A stretch of 61,669 nucleotides of DNA, counting the filler, from Dirinaria sp. TL-2023a (Eukaryota): the NCBI GenBank assembly GCA_051941275.1. It is 4 parts of 4 records of this genome, joined end to end, with 100 filler letters (N's around TTAATTAATTAA, not from the genome) between each part and the next. Parts side by side here need not be neighbours in the genome. Positions count along the whole stretch, not along the records: positions 1 to 15,366 come from JAVEBF010000551.1; positions 15,467 to 30,831 come from JAVEBF010000552.1; 2 more parts are not named here. One strand, 5' to 3'. Positions 11,965 through 22,658 of this stretch are shown here, one piece after another. Both the position numbers and the translations under genes were made by a program. Every line of letters begins with the position of its first letter. The first letter of the stretch is position 1. A model generated the notes under the pieces. It searched no databases and was not told where the DNA came from. It saw nothing but the letters and a program-made list of their open reading frames with translations.

Positions 11965-12885
11965 TCAACCAAAATTGTCATTCCCACATTTCTTTTGCGA
12001 CTTCAACTTCACCAAGCTAAGCCCGTTGAATACCGGAAGCAAGATGACCTCCAAGCTAGGATGCTTGCACGGAATCAGCGATTGATCCATTGCGTTATGC
12101 CTCAATCCACCCGAAGCAAAGTAGTGGTCACTTACCTGCCGGGCCCATTTGTTGAACCCATCCACGCTCCTCGCTTGCTGAAGGTGGTGTCCCATCTCTG
12201 GCTCATCTGAAGCGGGGTTGCTGGGAGTCGTATCGGCCACGAGACCTTTATGGATAGCTAGTTATGACGTTAACTGATGCACTCTTAACGATGGATAGGC
12301 ATCCAATACTATCGTCGACAAGAACGATTCCATTTTCTGCAAGCAGACCTCTCTGGAGGATGATCTCGAAATACTCAATATACTCTGCTTTCCGAGCATC
12401 GATGTAGATGATATCAAATGGACCTTCTTCGATGCATTGCAAACTGTAATTCATCAACCGAAGATTCCTCTGTCCGGTCTCGTATGCTTCACTTACGTCT
12501 GAATTGCAAGGCCCTCCAAGAGATGAATCTTCCCTTCTGGATCGTACTTCCGGAAAGCAGCCTTGCATGCCTTAATCGAGCGAGGGCTAGCCTCACACGT
12601 CCAAACTTCCCCGCTAATGGACTTCATTCCTTCTTTCCATGCCAGAGCGCTATATCCCGTGAACGTCCCGATCTCAAGGACACGCCTCGCTTGACGGTCT
12701 CGGGCAAAGAAAACATAAAACTGTGCCTGAAGCGCGCCGCTCATCATCTGTGATGTGTCAAAATTATCGATGGTCCAAGCTTCCTGTTCTGCGAACATGG
12801 GATGGATATCGGTAGAATGACATCGGCAGTACTCGTCCACCGCGGCCGCGGTTTCCGGTGGAAATGGGAGGATGCTCTCAAACAT
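11965..12885 (-). CDS. SAM-dependent O-methyltransferase, CCoAOMT/COMT-like (Methyltransf_3), AnkF-like; 4 exons
   Basis: VDEYCRCHS, VLEIGTFTGYSAL, FDIIYIDARK, VDDT and EVILLPVFNGLSL across spliced ORFs 12493-13194, 12248-12568 and 11965-12240. The start is taken at MFESILP. Confidence 0.88.
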
Positions 12886-13548
12886 TGTGTACTTGGATAT
12901 AAATCTGCTGTTTGTGATGACAGAGGAACCTCCTACTTGTTGCTTACCTGCTACGCTGTCTATTGCGGAAGTTGAGGAGCCTAAGTCCGAAAGGAAACCC
13001 TTGCTGGAACAGCTGCAGGCCAGCCTTTTGAATGCGCTCGTGTAGGCATGCTGAAGGCGACAGCATGCGTGCCCAGGAGCATGGGTATGAGCATCCATGC
13101 TCGTTCGCATAGGGTTCTTAGTACGCGGCGACTCCGGCGTTCGACGATCGTGGTGGGTCAATTCGTTCTCATTGTACGCATAGCTTTCTACCAATCATCG
13201 AGCTTTAGACTGAAACGCTCAAGCCTGAAAAAAGGTTCGAAAGTTTACTTTTGCCAGAAGGTCTCCTGAGCAGAGGCTATGGTCAATGGTCCTGTTTTCT
13301 AGCTTCGCGATTTCTTGCCACCAATACAAGAGATTGTGAAGCTTTTCCGAAGCGGGGAAACCGTCTGTTGACGCACCTCGTGAAGACGAGACGGGTAGTC
13401 GGAAGGTGTCCGGCCATCGCCGAAAGTCTCCATACACGCGCTTTTAGCGTAGACTATGGGCGGATATGCCCGTCGCAAAGAATCAACAAAAAGGGAAGCT
13501 CAAAAGCACAGACCAATACTGTTAGACCATCGCAGATCCCATCCTCAC

Positions 13549-15366
13549 ATGATCAGGTTTGGGGTCCCCCTTGCAAACCACCCTTTACCCCCATGGGTGA
13601 TTAATAAGACAGAATACGTGTCTCCGCTCCTGGCGGCTACCATCAGTTCGAATTTACGGATTTTATCTAGTGGACACTCAAGGAAGAAAGACAACGCTCA
13701 CGGTGGATAATGGGGCAATACACATTTGAGAGATCCCGACCTTTGTGTGGGAACAAGACTCCCTTCGTCTCTCGATCATTGTTGTTGGGAGAGCCGATAC
13801 CACCTGATGACCCTCATGTATGTTGACGCCGTTCGAGTGATTATCTATCGAACTAACACTTGAACCGAATGCACGAGATAACAAATTTGTAGGCTTTGAG
13901 TGTTTCAATGCCAAGTTGGGAGTCCATACCCGCGTCCTTAGCTGGTGAAGAATGGACTATGGGCAAGATGCAGACAAGCTATCCCAGGTCTAGTTCGCAG
14001 ATATCAATTAATCATCAAACAGTCACTCTAACTTCCATTATATTAGATTCGATATTCACCGTTGCATCAAGCAGTTAATCGCCGCTGTTAGGGCAAGGCT
14101 CAAGTATTCGGCAGACATGGACTGTATGATTTTCCCCTCCGAAGAAGCTGCAGCGCGTTGCATGTCTACATTCAAGAACAAAGACTCAACTTTACCTCTC
14201 CGCTCGATCCGTTTCCTTTTATCCTCCCGAATTGATGCACCAGAAGTAGCTAAGTGGGCAAGCTTTTCTGCCGTGCTGTACCACCAAACCCTCGAATACG
14301 AAGCAGCTCAGTTCTGGGAACACTTTGGAGACGGCATTTCCAGCCGACACGCCCTCTTCTGCCTCGCACAGTTTCAATTCTTGGATTCTGAACCTGCGGA
14401 CTCCAGGACCGGGTTTTCGACGGCCGCCACAAGCTCGCATATCAGCTCAATGTCCTTCCCAGGTTGGACTAATTCGGCTTTGTGGGAGAAACGGTGCTGC
14501 CAATCTCTACTCGCAGAGTGTGCAACGTCCAGGGATCCACACCAGAAGCCTGTCAGCCCAGAAGATGTCTTCCTGTATCCCAATGGAATGAGCGCAATAA
14601 GCGCAATTGCACGGGGACTCGCTCACCAATCGGACAATTCCGAGGCTGTCATATATGGGTGGCCCTACGCCGGAACTGTTCCATGTATCAAAGCATGTGG
14701 ATACAGTCGTTTCGAAATGTATGGACACGGCACTGCAGAAGAGCTGGATCGACTGGAGTCCTTGTTGGCATCAGGCGCTCAGGTTGCGATCCTGTTCTGC
14801 GAAATACCATCGAATCCTCAGCTACAAACACCAGATTTACATCGAATTCGAGACCTCGCCGACAGATATCGATTTATTGTTGTTTGTGATGAAACGGTGG
14901 CAACGACCGTCAATGTGGATATCCTGCCCTACGTTGATGTCGTGATCAGCAGCTTGACCAAAATCTTCAGCGGGGCGTGTAATGTTATGGCCGGGAGGTA
15001 AGCCTCAACGAGCTAAAGCAATGGATTGGTAGTCTCTAATCCGATAGTCTTCTGCTCAATCCAAACTCGGAGCACTACGACCTGATCCGTTCCTGTCTGG
15101 AAGATCAATATGAGGATGTTCTTTTCCCCCAGGATGCAGTCACGCTAGCGCAAAACTGTTCCGACTTCATTCCCCGTGTGCGCCAATGCAACGAAACCGC
15201 CTTGAAAATTGCCAACATCTTCGCGGCTCATCCGTCAGTCGATCTTGTTTGCTATCCAACCACGGTATCAACATCGTCGCTCTACGAGCGATACCGTCGT
15301 GAAAAGGGTGGCTATGGGTATCTTCTCAGTATCGTTTTCCGCGAGCCGGGGAGTGCAGTCCGGTTC
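13549..15366 (+). CDS. PLP-dependent cystathionine gamma-synthase-like enzyme, AnkD-like; 3' end lost in the assembly gap
   Basis: LSVSMPSWE, SYPR, GDGISSRHA, VFLYPNGMSAI, FCEIPSNPQL, VVCDETV, PLP-lysine motif SLTKIFSG (14951-14962) and GGYGYLLS. The first exons and start are uncertain. Confidence 0.87.
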
Positions 15367-15466
15367 NNNNNNNNNNNNNNNNNNNNNNNNNNNNNNNNNN
15401 NNNNNNNNNNTTAATTAATTAANNNNNNNNNNNNNNNNNNNNNNNNNNNNNNNNNNNNNNNNNNNN
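15367..15466. other. Assembly gap with synthetic TTAATTAATTAA linker
   Basis: N-run / TTAATTAATTAA / N-run; the same structure occurs at ~30832-30931 and ~46262-46361. Confidence 0.97.
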
Positions 15467-15684
15467 TATTTGGGGGGCGGGGAACGGGGGCTGGGGGGCA
15501 ACGGAGATAGTTGAGGCAGTGATGGGATAGATTTTGATCTGGCTTTTGGTAAAGTTGAAGATAAGAGGTATCTCTGCTTTGAAGAAGCTTGTAGCCGCTG
15601 ATATATAGTTCTTGCAAATATTACGTACTTGTCAATTTTTCTTGTTCTTTCGTTCATCTCTTTAAAAAATAAATTTCTTGTCGG

Positions 15685-15721
<37 letters not shown>

Positions 15722-18700
15722 CATTCTTAAAATATTTCTTTACCACTGTTGTAACCGTGGTTGAGGAGAACACTCCTTTGTCAAATTACAAGTTACTGCA
15801 CAGCGCGATAATGGTCGGTATCGAGGAACAAGTGAGTAGAGCTTGAAAAATCAGATCAGCTTCAGACTAAGAACATGCTGACGAGAGATACGTAGAGCTG
15901 CTTCGAGATGTTTAAGACACTCTCGAGTCTGTCCTGTTTGGGCACTGGTTGCGAACGGTTTTCGTTAACTATGATTTTCGGACTCTAGATCTTTGGTATT
16001 TGGAACTGTCCGAACCCCTCTGAAGATTTTGGGTTTTGCTTACAGCAATGCGCTTTGGTGGATGTGCTGACTTTGAGGGGCTCTCAGAAAGTGTTGACAC
16101 ATGTTGGGTCCTTGATCAACTTCATGTAGACCCTTTTCTAAAAGTTTTGAGGAATTTGATTTTGCCGAAGCATTTTGCGGAATGGATCACTAGAGATGCT
16201 GGTGGACAGAAATAAGGTAGTCATGTGCCCTCCTAGCTCCTATTTCAACAAAGCAGATTCATTCGAGACCCCACTGGTTTAATTTTCCATCTTTCTCGCT
16301 ACGACCATCACAGTTCCGGTCGTCTGGTCTTCGACTGTGATGCCAATACAGTGAAGAGTAGGATCAATGTCCACAAGTATGTAGGAAAGCCAAGAAGGAG
16401 CCCGAGTAATTAGGCTGTCGTTCAGCAACGCGATAAGGATACCAAAAGGCTTGAAATTGTGATGCTGATTGAATCAATGGTAGAAGCACTAATTTGAGAA
16501 ACATCACCTTATGTGCCATCAGATTTGACTATCCATGTTCCAGAATAATACTGGGCGAAAGCAAAGGTGCAGATTTTCTTCAGCAGTCCTAAATGCTGCG
16601 GGGCCTATAGAGTCCTGGCACTGTAGTGACAGACATATATTGCTGGCCGCAGAATCAATATGCTCACATCATGATCTTTAAGTTCTGTGCCCCAGTAAAG
16701 AAAAGAAGGAATGAGACAACATCGTCCATGTAGACTCAATTGGCTTAAAGTTTGATGGAATCGCCCAGAAGTAAGGGCATGTTCTTGCGGATACCAACAA
16801 GGCAGAGAAAGACGGCCCAAACTTTTAAGACGAGCTGATCGAGCAGGACTCGGTCACAGGCGAGCGTGAGAACAAGGCATAGATCGAGCCTGAACACGCT
16901 CTCGAGATCCGCAATGCAAGGAACTGCTCACATAGGTTGGAGCATCCAAAAATTCCCGCAGGGAAGTGATCGATTGGCAAGCAATCCCTAACGGCTCGTA
17001 TGATAAGATCATGGGCCGCTGGGGAAAATCTATATTCTCTTCCGCAATCGGCTTGGCCATCCAACTGGATCAATTACAGTGAACGTCCTGAAATGGAATG
17101 ACAACGAATCAAGGGACGGTCAGCAACGTTCTCACGGATTTATCCCGAGTCATCCATAACAAATAAGCCATTGAGGGCAAGAATGTGAGGCCGAACCATA
17201 GCTCAGCAAAATTCACATACCTTACCTTACCAAGTGATGCAAATGACATTTATTGTGCGCTGCCATCATCAAATTGACACTGACTAGAAGATTAGAATCA
17301 ACTTCCGCTTTACCACACACATCTGACCTCTGCAGGTAATTAGACTGAATATCGAATTTCTTGCAGACTCTAATGCAGGTGTGTTGTTGACGCAATTGAC
17401 GTCACCTGCTCGCACACTCGATGTTCACCTCCCTGACGCACCCACCACGTTCATACGAGGAAATCCAGTGAAATTGTGAGATCTTTAAAGCTGGGGCTTC
17501 TGGATTTGCAAGCGTCAAAATTCGTACTAAAGCCAAAAGTATTATACGATGACAAATGAGAGGATAGGAAAAAAATTGGTCAAGGCTCGAGAAAATCCTC
17601 AGGAAATTGAGTGTGGTATGACACTAGTAACAGCAAAAATTTTGATAATGTGGCAAAGAACCTTCATTCAAAGATGAATGCAAAACAGCTGTGGCACCGC
17701 ATATGGCTCAAAAGGGTCTCAGTGGACGTAGCCGGATAGCTCACAAGATTACAGAATGTCGTGATCTTACTTACAGCTGGATCATTCAACCTGCAGCTTG
17801 TAATGTCGAGACGGATGATTGGTGCACAATTGAAACCTGCAGCTGAAGACCAAAGGTTTATGGCTGGGTCCGTACAGATCTCCCTCCCTTAAGCTTCTCC
17901 CTTTGCCTTTTGCTTCATGAAAACGCACCAAAATCTTAGTTATCTCGACAAATCACTCTCAGAGGGAAATTGGATATAGCTAAAGAGCTACATCTACACG
18001 ATCTTTAGATTTCAGAAAAGGTGGGTTCGAGACGAATGTTATAATGAGAATATACACATTAGCAAGGCGACTTTCGGAGGAGCTCAAAGGATCATTAGAT
18101 GGCAGTGGAAACGATAGCAAGGTCAACAGGCTTTTTCGCAAAGTGAAAGAAAAGGCCTCGTTGCCCACTTTAAAGCAACAGTTGGCCAGAACGGTCGGCT
18201 TGCAGGATAAGGGCATGGAAGGTTGAGTAGTGATATCTGATGATGAGACCTAAGATCGATGCGATGCGGCTGCAAGCGGCCAACCAGATATGTTGCATAA
18301 ACGACTTCGATCAGACTGGAGTTGATGCTTGTAAGACACACAGCAGATGAGGGTGGAGAAGCTGACAATTTAGATTGGATCATCTTGAAGAGCTTGAGGC
18401 GTCCCGGCGTCGCAATCGGCAGTCAGCAAATACCGCACCAAACGGCAGAGACCAGGTTCACCCAATTAAAACGATATCCACTCAAGCAAAGGCCAAAGAG
18501 TGACACCACCTTGATCATCAAATGAAGATGAAAAATTTCCTTACTGCTTGTGTTATGATTGGCTTGTCGTCATACCTAGCGCTTGATCAGCAGGGTGATC
18601 CTTGCGAATCTTGAGAGCGGGTGTGGCGCTCTTCTAGAAGACCCGTAGAAGGCGGGCTGGCGGCCCCAGATTTTCGGGGGCGACAGGCGCACGAACTGGA

Positions 18701-19623
18701 ACAACAAGCGCAGGCATGTACAGTATGTAGTCAGATACAACAGTACGGAGTACAACAGAGAGGCCACAACAATTGCTTAGGGACTGGCTGATTGGCCAGC
18801 TGCAAAGACAGTGCAGCGGAAAGGAAACAAGCGGTGCGCGGAATGCGAACATCCAATTTCAAATACACTTTGAGCTACGTGTAATGCTCTGCAATCGAAC
18901 CATAATGTACACTCCGTACAGAGTTTGCGAAGGTTATCATCAAGCCACATGACGCGAAGGGAAAAGAAGAGGCGTCGCCATGTTCAAACCAGGGATCACC
19001 TCAGCCGTACAGGGATAAAGGCCCTTACTTAGTCTCGGCAAGCATCGGGTTATTACATACGACTACCTCCAAAAGAGTGAAAGACGGCGTTGACCTTTTA
19101 CGCTCGAAAGACTAATGTAGGCGCCGCTCCTCTCGTCCAATACGCTGCCAGGAACCAACAGGTCGAAGGATGCAGGCATGGAGTATGGTTCCATTGCAGA
19201 TGGTAGAAGTACGAGTACAGTATTGTCTCCTAAAGTCCGACATGAAGCGTATGTAACTGGAGCTTGCCACGCGTATCTGGCATATGTAAGTGGGAGCGCC
19301 ATGAGGAAGGAGACGAGAGTGCAAAGTCGCATTGATAACGAGGCAGGGGGAGGGGCTAGAATGGTCATTGAGCATGCACGTGTACAAATTGTACGAAACT
19401 CCTTCCATGATTATGATTATTACCGTTCGACGGAGCAACCTGGAATAGTCCTTTTCCAAAAGCGGGGCTCGGCAATGATTGCTCTGCCATTCCCTCGGGT
19501 CCGAGGATGAAGTATCTTACATACCTACCCTATCATACTGTACAGATACCCTACCTTACCTACCTTAAGGTAAGGTAAGATGCTCGTCACTTGAAATTTG
19601 GATACTTGCCGGTAGCCTAGAGT

Positions 19624-19732
19624 ATTCGAAGGAGTGGAACATTCGAAGGAGTGCAGTATTCGAAGGAGTGGGCTCCCCCATCCCGAACTCTCCATCCTTC
19701 TGGCATCGCCTGCATCGCCTGCATCGCCTGCA
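19624..19732. repeat. Two short tandem arrays: ATTCGAAGGAGTG x3 (17-bp period) and GCATCGCCT x3
   Basis: Copies of the first unit start at 19624, 19641 and 19658; copies of the second start at 19703, 19712 and 19721. Confidence 0.9.
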
Positions 19733-20653
19733 AGTGGCCTTGCTGAGGGCACTGAAATACCCAGTTTCCGCCCTGCCCGCAGTGATAAGGTTGTGAGGTC
19801 TTTGCTGGGACAATATCTTATGCAATGTCCACCGAGCTGTTTAGGGTTGCGTCTGACCTCTGTTTCCGGCAGCTGCGGCTAGCATACTTTGATTTGTATG
19901 GCACGCGACTGGCTGTGCGTTAAGCGTGGCGTGGGACAAGCAGCTGTCGTATGCAGCAATTCGTGGAGATCGAGGCTAGTAGGATTGCGCAAACCCATAG
20001 GTAACGCGGGAGCGATTGGTAAGTCGTGTACGGAGTACTGTAGTGTGTGTCAACCGAGTCAGAAAAGTGTCGCGACTCAGACAACTGGAAACGTTGACGC
20101 ATGGAGATCATACTCTACTCCTTCGAGTATGAGCTGACGGGGTCGGTACGGGGCCAAAATTGCGTACTAACCCGCACCTAGTGCTGCTAGCCTTCCTGTG
20201 CCGCGCTGGATTGGCGCGTTGATTGAAGCGCATAAGATAGACCTGCGTCCTACAGGATCTAGGAATGTGACGGCGCCCACATCAGCAACCAGTCGTGAGT
20301 TCAAAATGGTGGTGGAGATCCTTGCAGCAGCTCCATGTCGCTTGTGCAAGAATGGTCGTAGTGCTTCCTCCAAAGCCATCTCCAGAGAGCCACCCGATCC
20401 TTAATGCCATCCGCATCAATTACACCCGTCGCGCTTCCAGAGCCCTCGGACATGGTCATTCTTCAGGCCCGTGACCGTTGGCTTAAGCTCGAACGTTCAT
20501 AAACTTCCGTCGTCGTCCACGTCTCAGATATTGCTTCCCCCCACTTTCCGTCTGCAGCCTTAAAAACGACTACCAAGGTAGCAATATCTCACTGCCGGAC
20601 GACTATCACTGTTATTGAAGTTCACTGGGAGTATCACCGTTGTGTTACCCATC

Positions 20654-22658
20654 ATGGACAGGCTCGGCGCTTGGAACGTGGCCCGTAGATACGAGAAGCG
20701 ATCGCTCCTGATTGCCATCAATCTTGTTGCTGGCTTGTCGATTTTCTTTTTCGGATATGATCAAGGTGTCATGGGCGGTGTCAATGGCACTCGCCATTAC
20801 GCCGAGACAATGGGATTCGGTTACTGGGATGCGAGCAAGGGCTTGGTCCATGTGTCAAAACCTCTCCTAGAAGGCGGCATCGTCAGTTGAAAGACTCCAT
20901 CTGAAATTGGATCGGCGGCTAACATGATCCAGGTCGCCGTTTACTACCTGCCCGGTACTCTCTTCGGCGCTTTCCTGGGTGGTTGGTTTGGAGACAGATA
21001 TGGACGGATCAAGACCATAGGTGTAGCTTCTGCTTGGGCCATTGTTGGTGCAACGCTACAGTGTTCTGCTCAAAACGCGAAATGGATGTTCTGCGGTACG
21101 CAAGACTGGTTGCACTGCTGAAATGGTTCTGTGGCTAATGCGACATAGCTCGTACGCTGAATGGTATTGGTACGGGTATCCTGAACGCCATCACACCAGT
21201 GTGGGCAACCGAGACGGCCGAGCATACCTCACGGGGTCAATTTGTGTCCATTGAGTTTACTCTCAATATTTTTGGTGTCGTCGCAGCTTACTGGATTGAA
21301 TAGTAAGTTTGGCCTCTCCGGTGACAGATTGGTTGCTCACTTCCTCTCAGTGGATGCAGCTTCTACGGGAACAAGGAGTCATCTTTCATTTGGAGATTCC
21401 CAATTGCCTTCCAGATCGCGCCTTTGATCCTGCTTCTCTGTGTGATATGGATTATGCCTGAATCGCCTCGATGGCTTATCAAAGTTGGTCGCGAAGAGGA
21501 GGGTCGATACATTCTTGGTCGACTTCGTGGGGAGGGAGGCGCAGACGAGGGCAGAGCAGAGGCAGAGTTCCAAGACATCAGGAACATTGTGGAACTTGAA
21601 AGGAAGACCTCCAAACAGCAAACTTACTTCGCGATGTTCACAGGCTGGGGATCTGGGAAGCTCCACACTGGGCGGCGTGTTCATTTGGTTGTCTGGCTCC
21701 AGATTCTCCAGGAGTGGATTGGCATTGCTGGGATCACCATTTATGGGCCAACAATCTTTACCATCGCCGGAATTTCAGCAGAACAGCGTCAATGGGTCTC
21801 TGGTCTCAATGATATTACTTACATGGTATGTCAAAGCACCCCACCATCTAAGAAATTAAGATGTTGACAGCCGCAGATTGCGACGCTTCTCTGCGTCTTT
21901 ACCTTGGACAAAATTGGCCGGCGATGGACCCTCTATTGGGGATCTGTCGGTCAAGGTATCTGTATGTTTGCCGCTGGCGGTCTGGCCCGTGCTACGCAAA
22001 ACAAGGTGAATGCTGGTGAAGACCCCAGCGGTGTAGGTGGTGCAGCTACATTTTTCGTCTTCTTGTTCACGGCCATTTTCGGAGCCACTTGGCTCACAGT
22101 ACCCTGGCTGTACCCGGCTGAAATCTTCCCTCTGGAAGTTCGTGCAAGGGGCAACGCTTGGGGCGTTGTTGGTTGGTCTGTCGGCAACGGATGGACGGTA
22201 TGTTTGCCTTCTTGATCCTGCCCTGTAGGGTTCGTATCTCGCATCGAGCTAATCATCTTATTACCCGATAGGTGCTTCTTTTGCCGACCATGTTCTCGGC
22301 TCTGAATGAGAAGAGTCTTTACGTTTTTGGAGCGGTCAATGCTGCGACCATCGTGATTGTGTGGGCTCTCTATCCCGAAACCAATCAGCGCACTCTGGAA
22401 GAAATGAATTTGGTTTTCGCCTCGGACAGTATCTGGAATTGGGAGGCAGAGAGGAACTATGCATTACTCAAGGAGCAGAATCCTGAGCTCGTGCAAGCGG
22501 CGCAACGAGGCAACAGTATTGTCACAGATCCGGAGTCTGGGGCTCCGGTGCGGTCTGGTAGCCTTGTCCCGAGGAACATGAGCTTAGATGCAAAGACGTT
22601 TGAGAAGTCCGGCTCTGACGAATTCGAAACCGAGAAGCCTCCGGTGAAACACAATTAA
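20654..22658 (+). CDS. MFS sugar porter (STL1-like sugar/polyol:H+ symporter); multi-exon
   Basis: FFGYDQGVMGG, GDRYGRIK, PESPRWL, QEWIGIAGITIY, DKIGRR, PWLYPAEIFP and YPETNQRTLEEM. Confidence 0.93.

Noticed and set aside
12886..13194. His/Cys-rich N-terminal extension of the O-MT ORF (HTHAPGHACC...)
   Set aside because: The homologous fold begins near MFESILP. The extension is probably open 5' UTR, and it cannot be supported without transcripts.
15411..15422. TTAATTAATTAA palindromic element repeated three times in the window
   Set aside because: It is always embedded in N-runs and gives stops in all six frames, so it is a scaffolding linker, not biology. Adjacency across these gaps is therefore not guaranteed.
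19624..19670. Repeat-spacer pattern resembling a CRISPR array
   Set aside because: The repeats are 13 bp with 4-bp spacers in a eukaryote with no cas genes, so this is a simple tandem repeat.
20654..22658. MFS transporter as the cluster's exporter
   Set aside because: It belongs to the sugar-porter family rather than the drug:H+ antiporters, and it lies over 5 kb away beyond a gap and decayed DNA.
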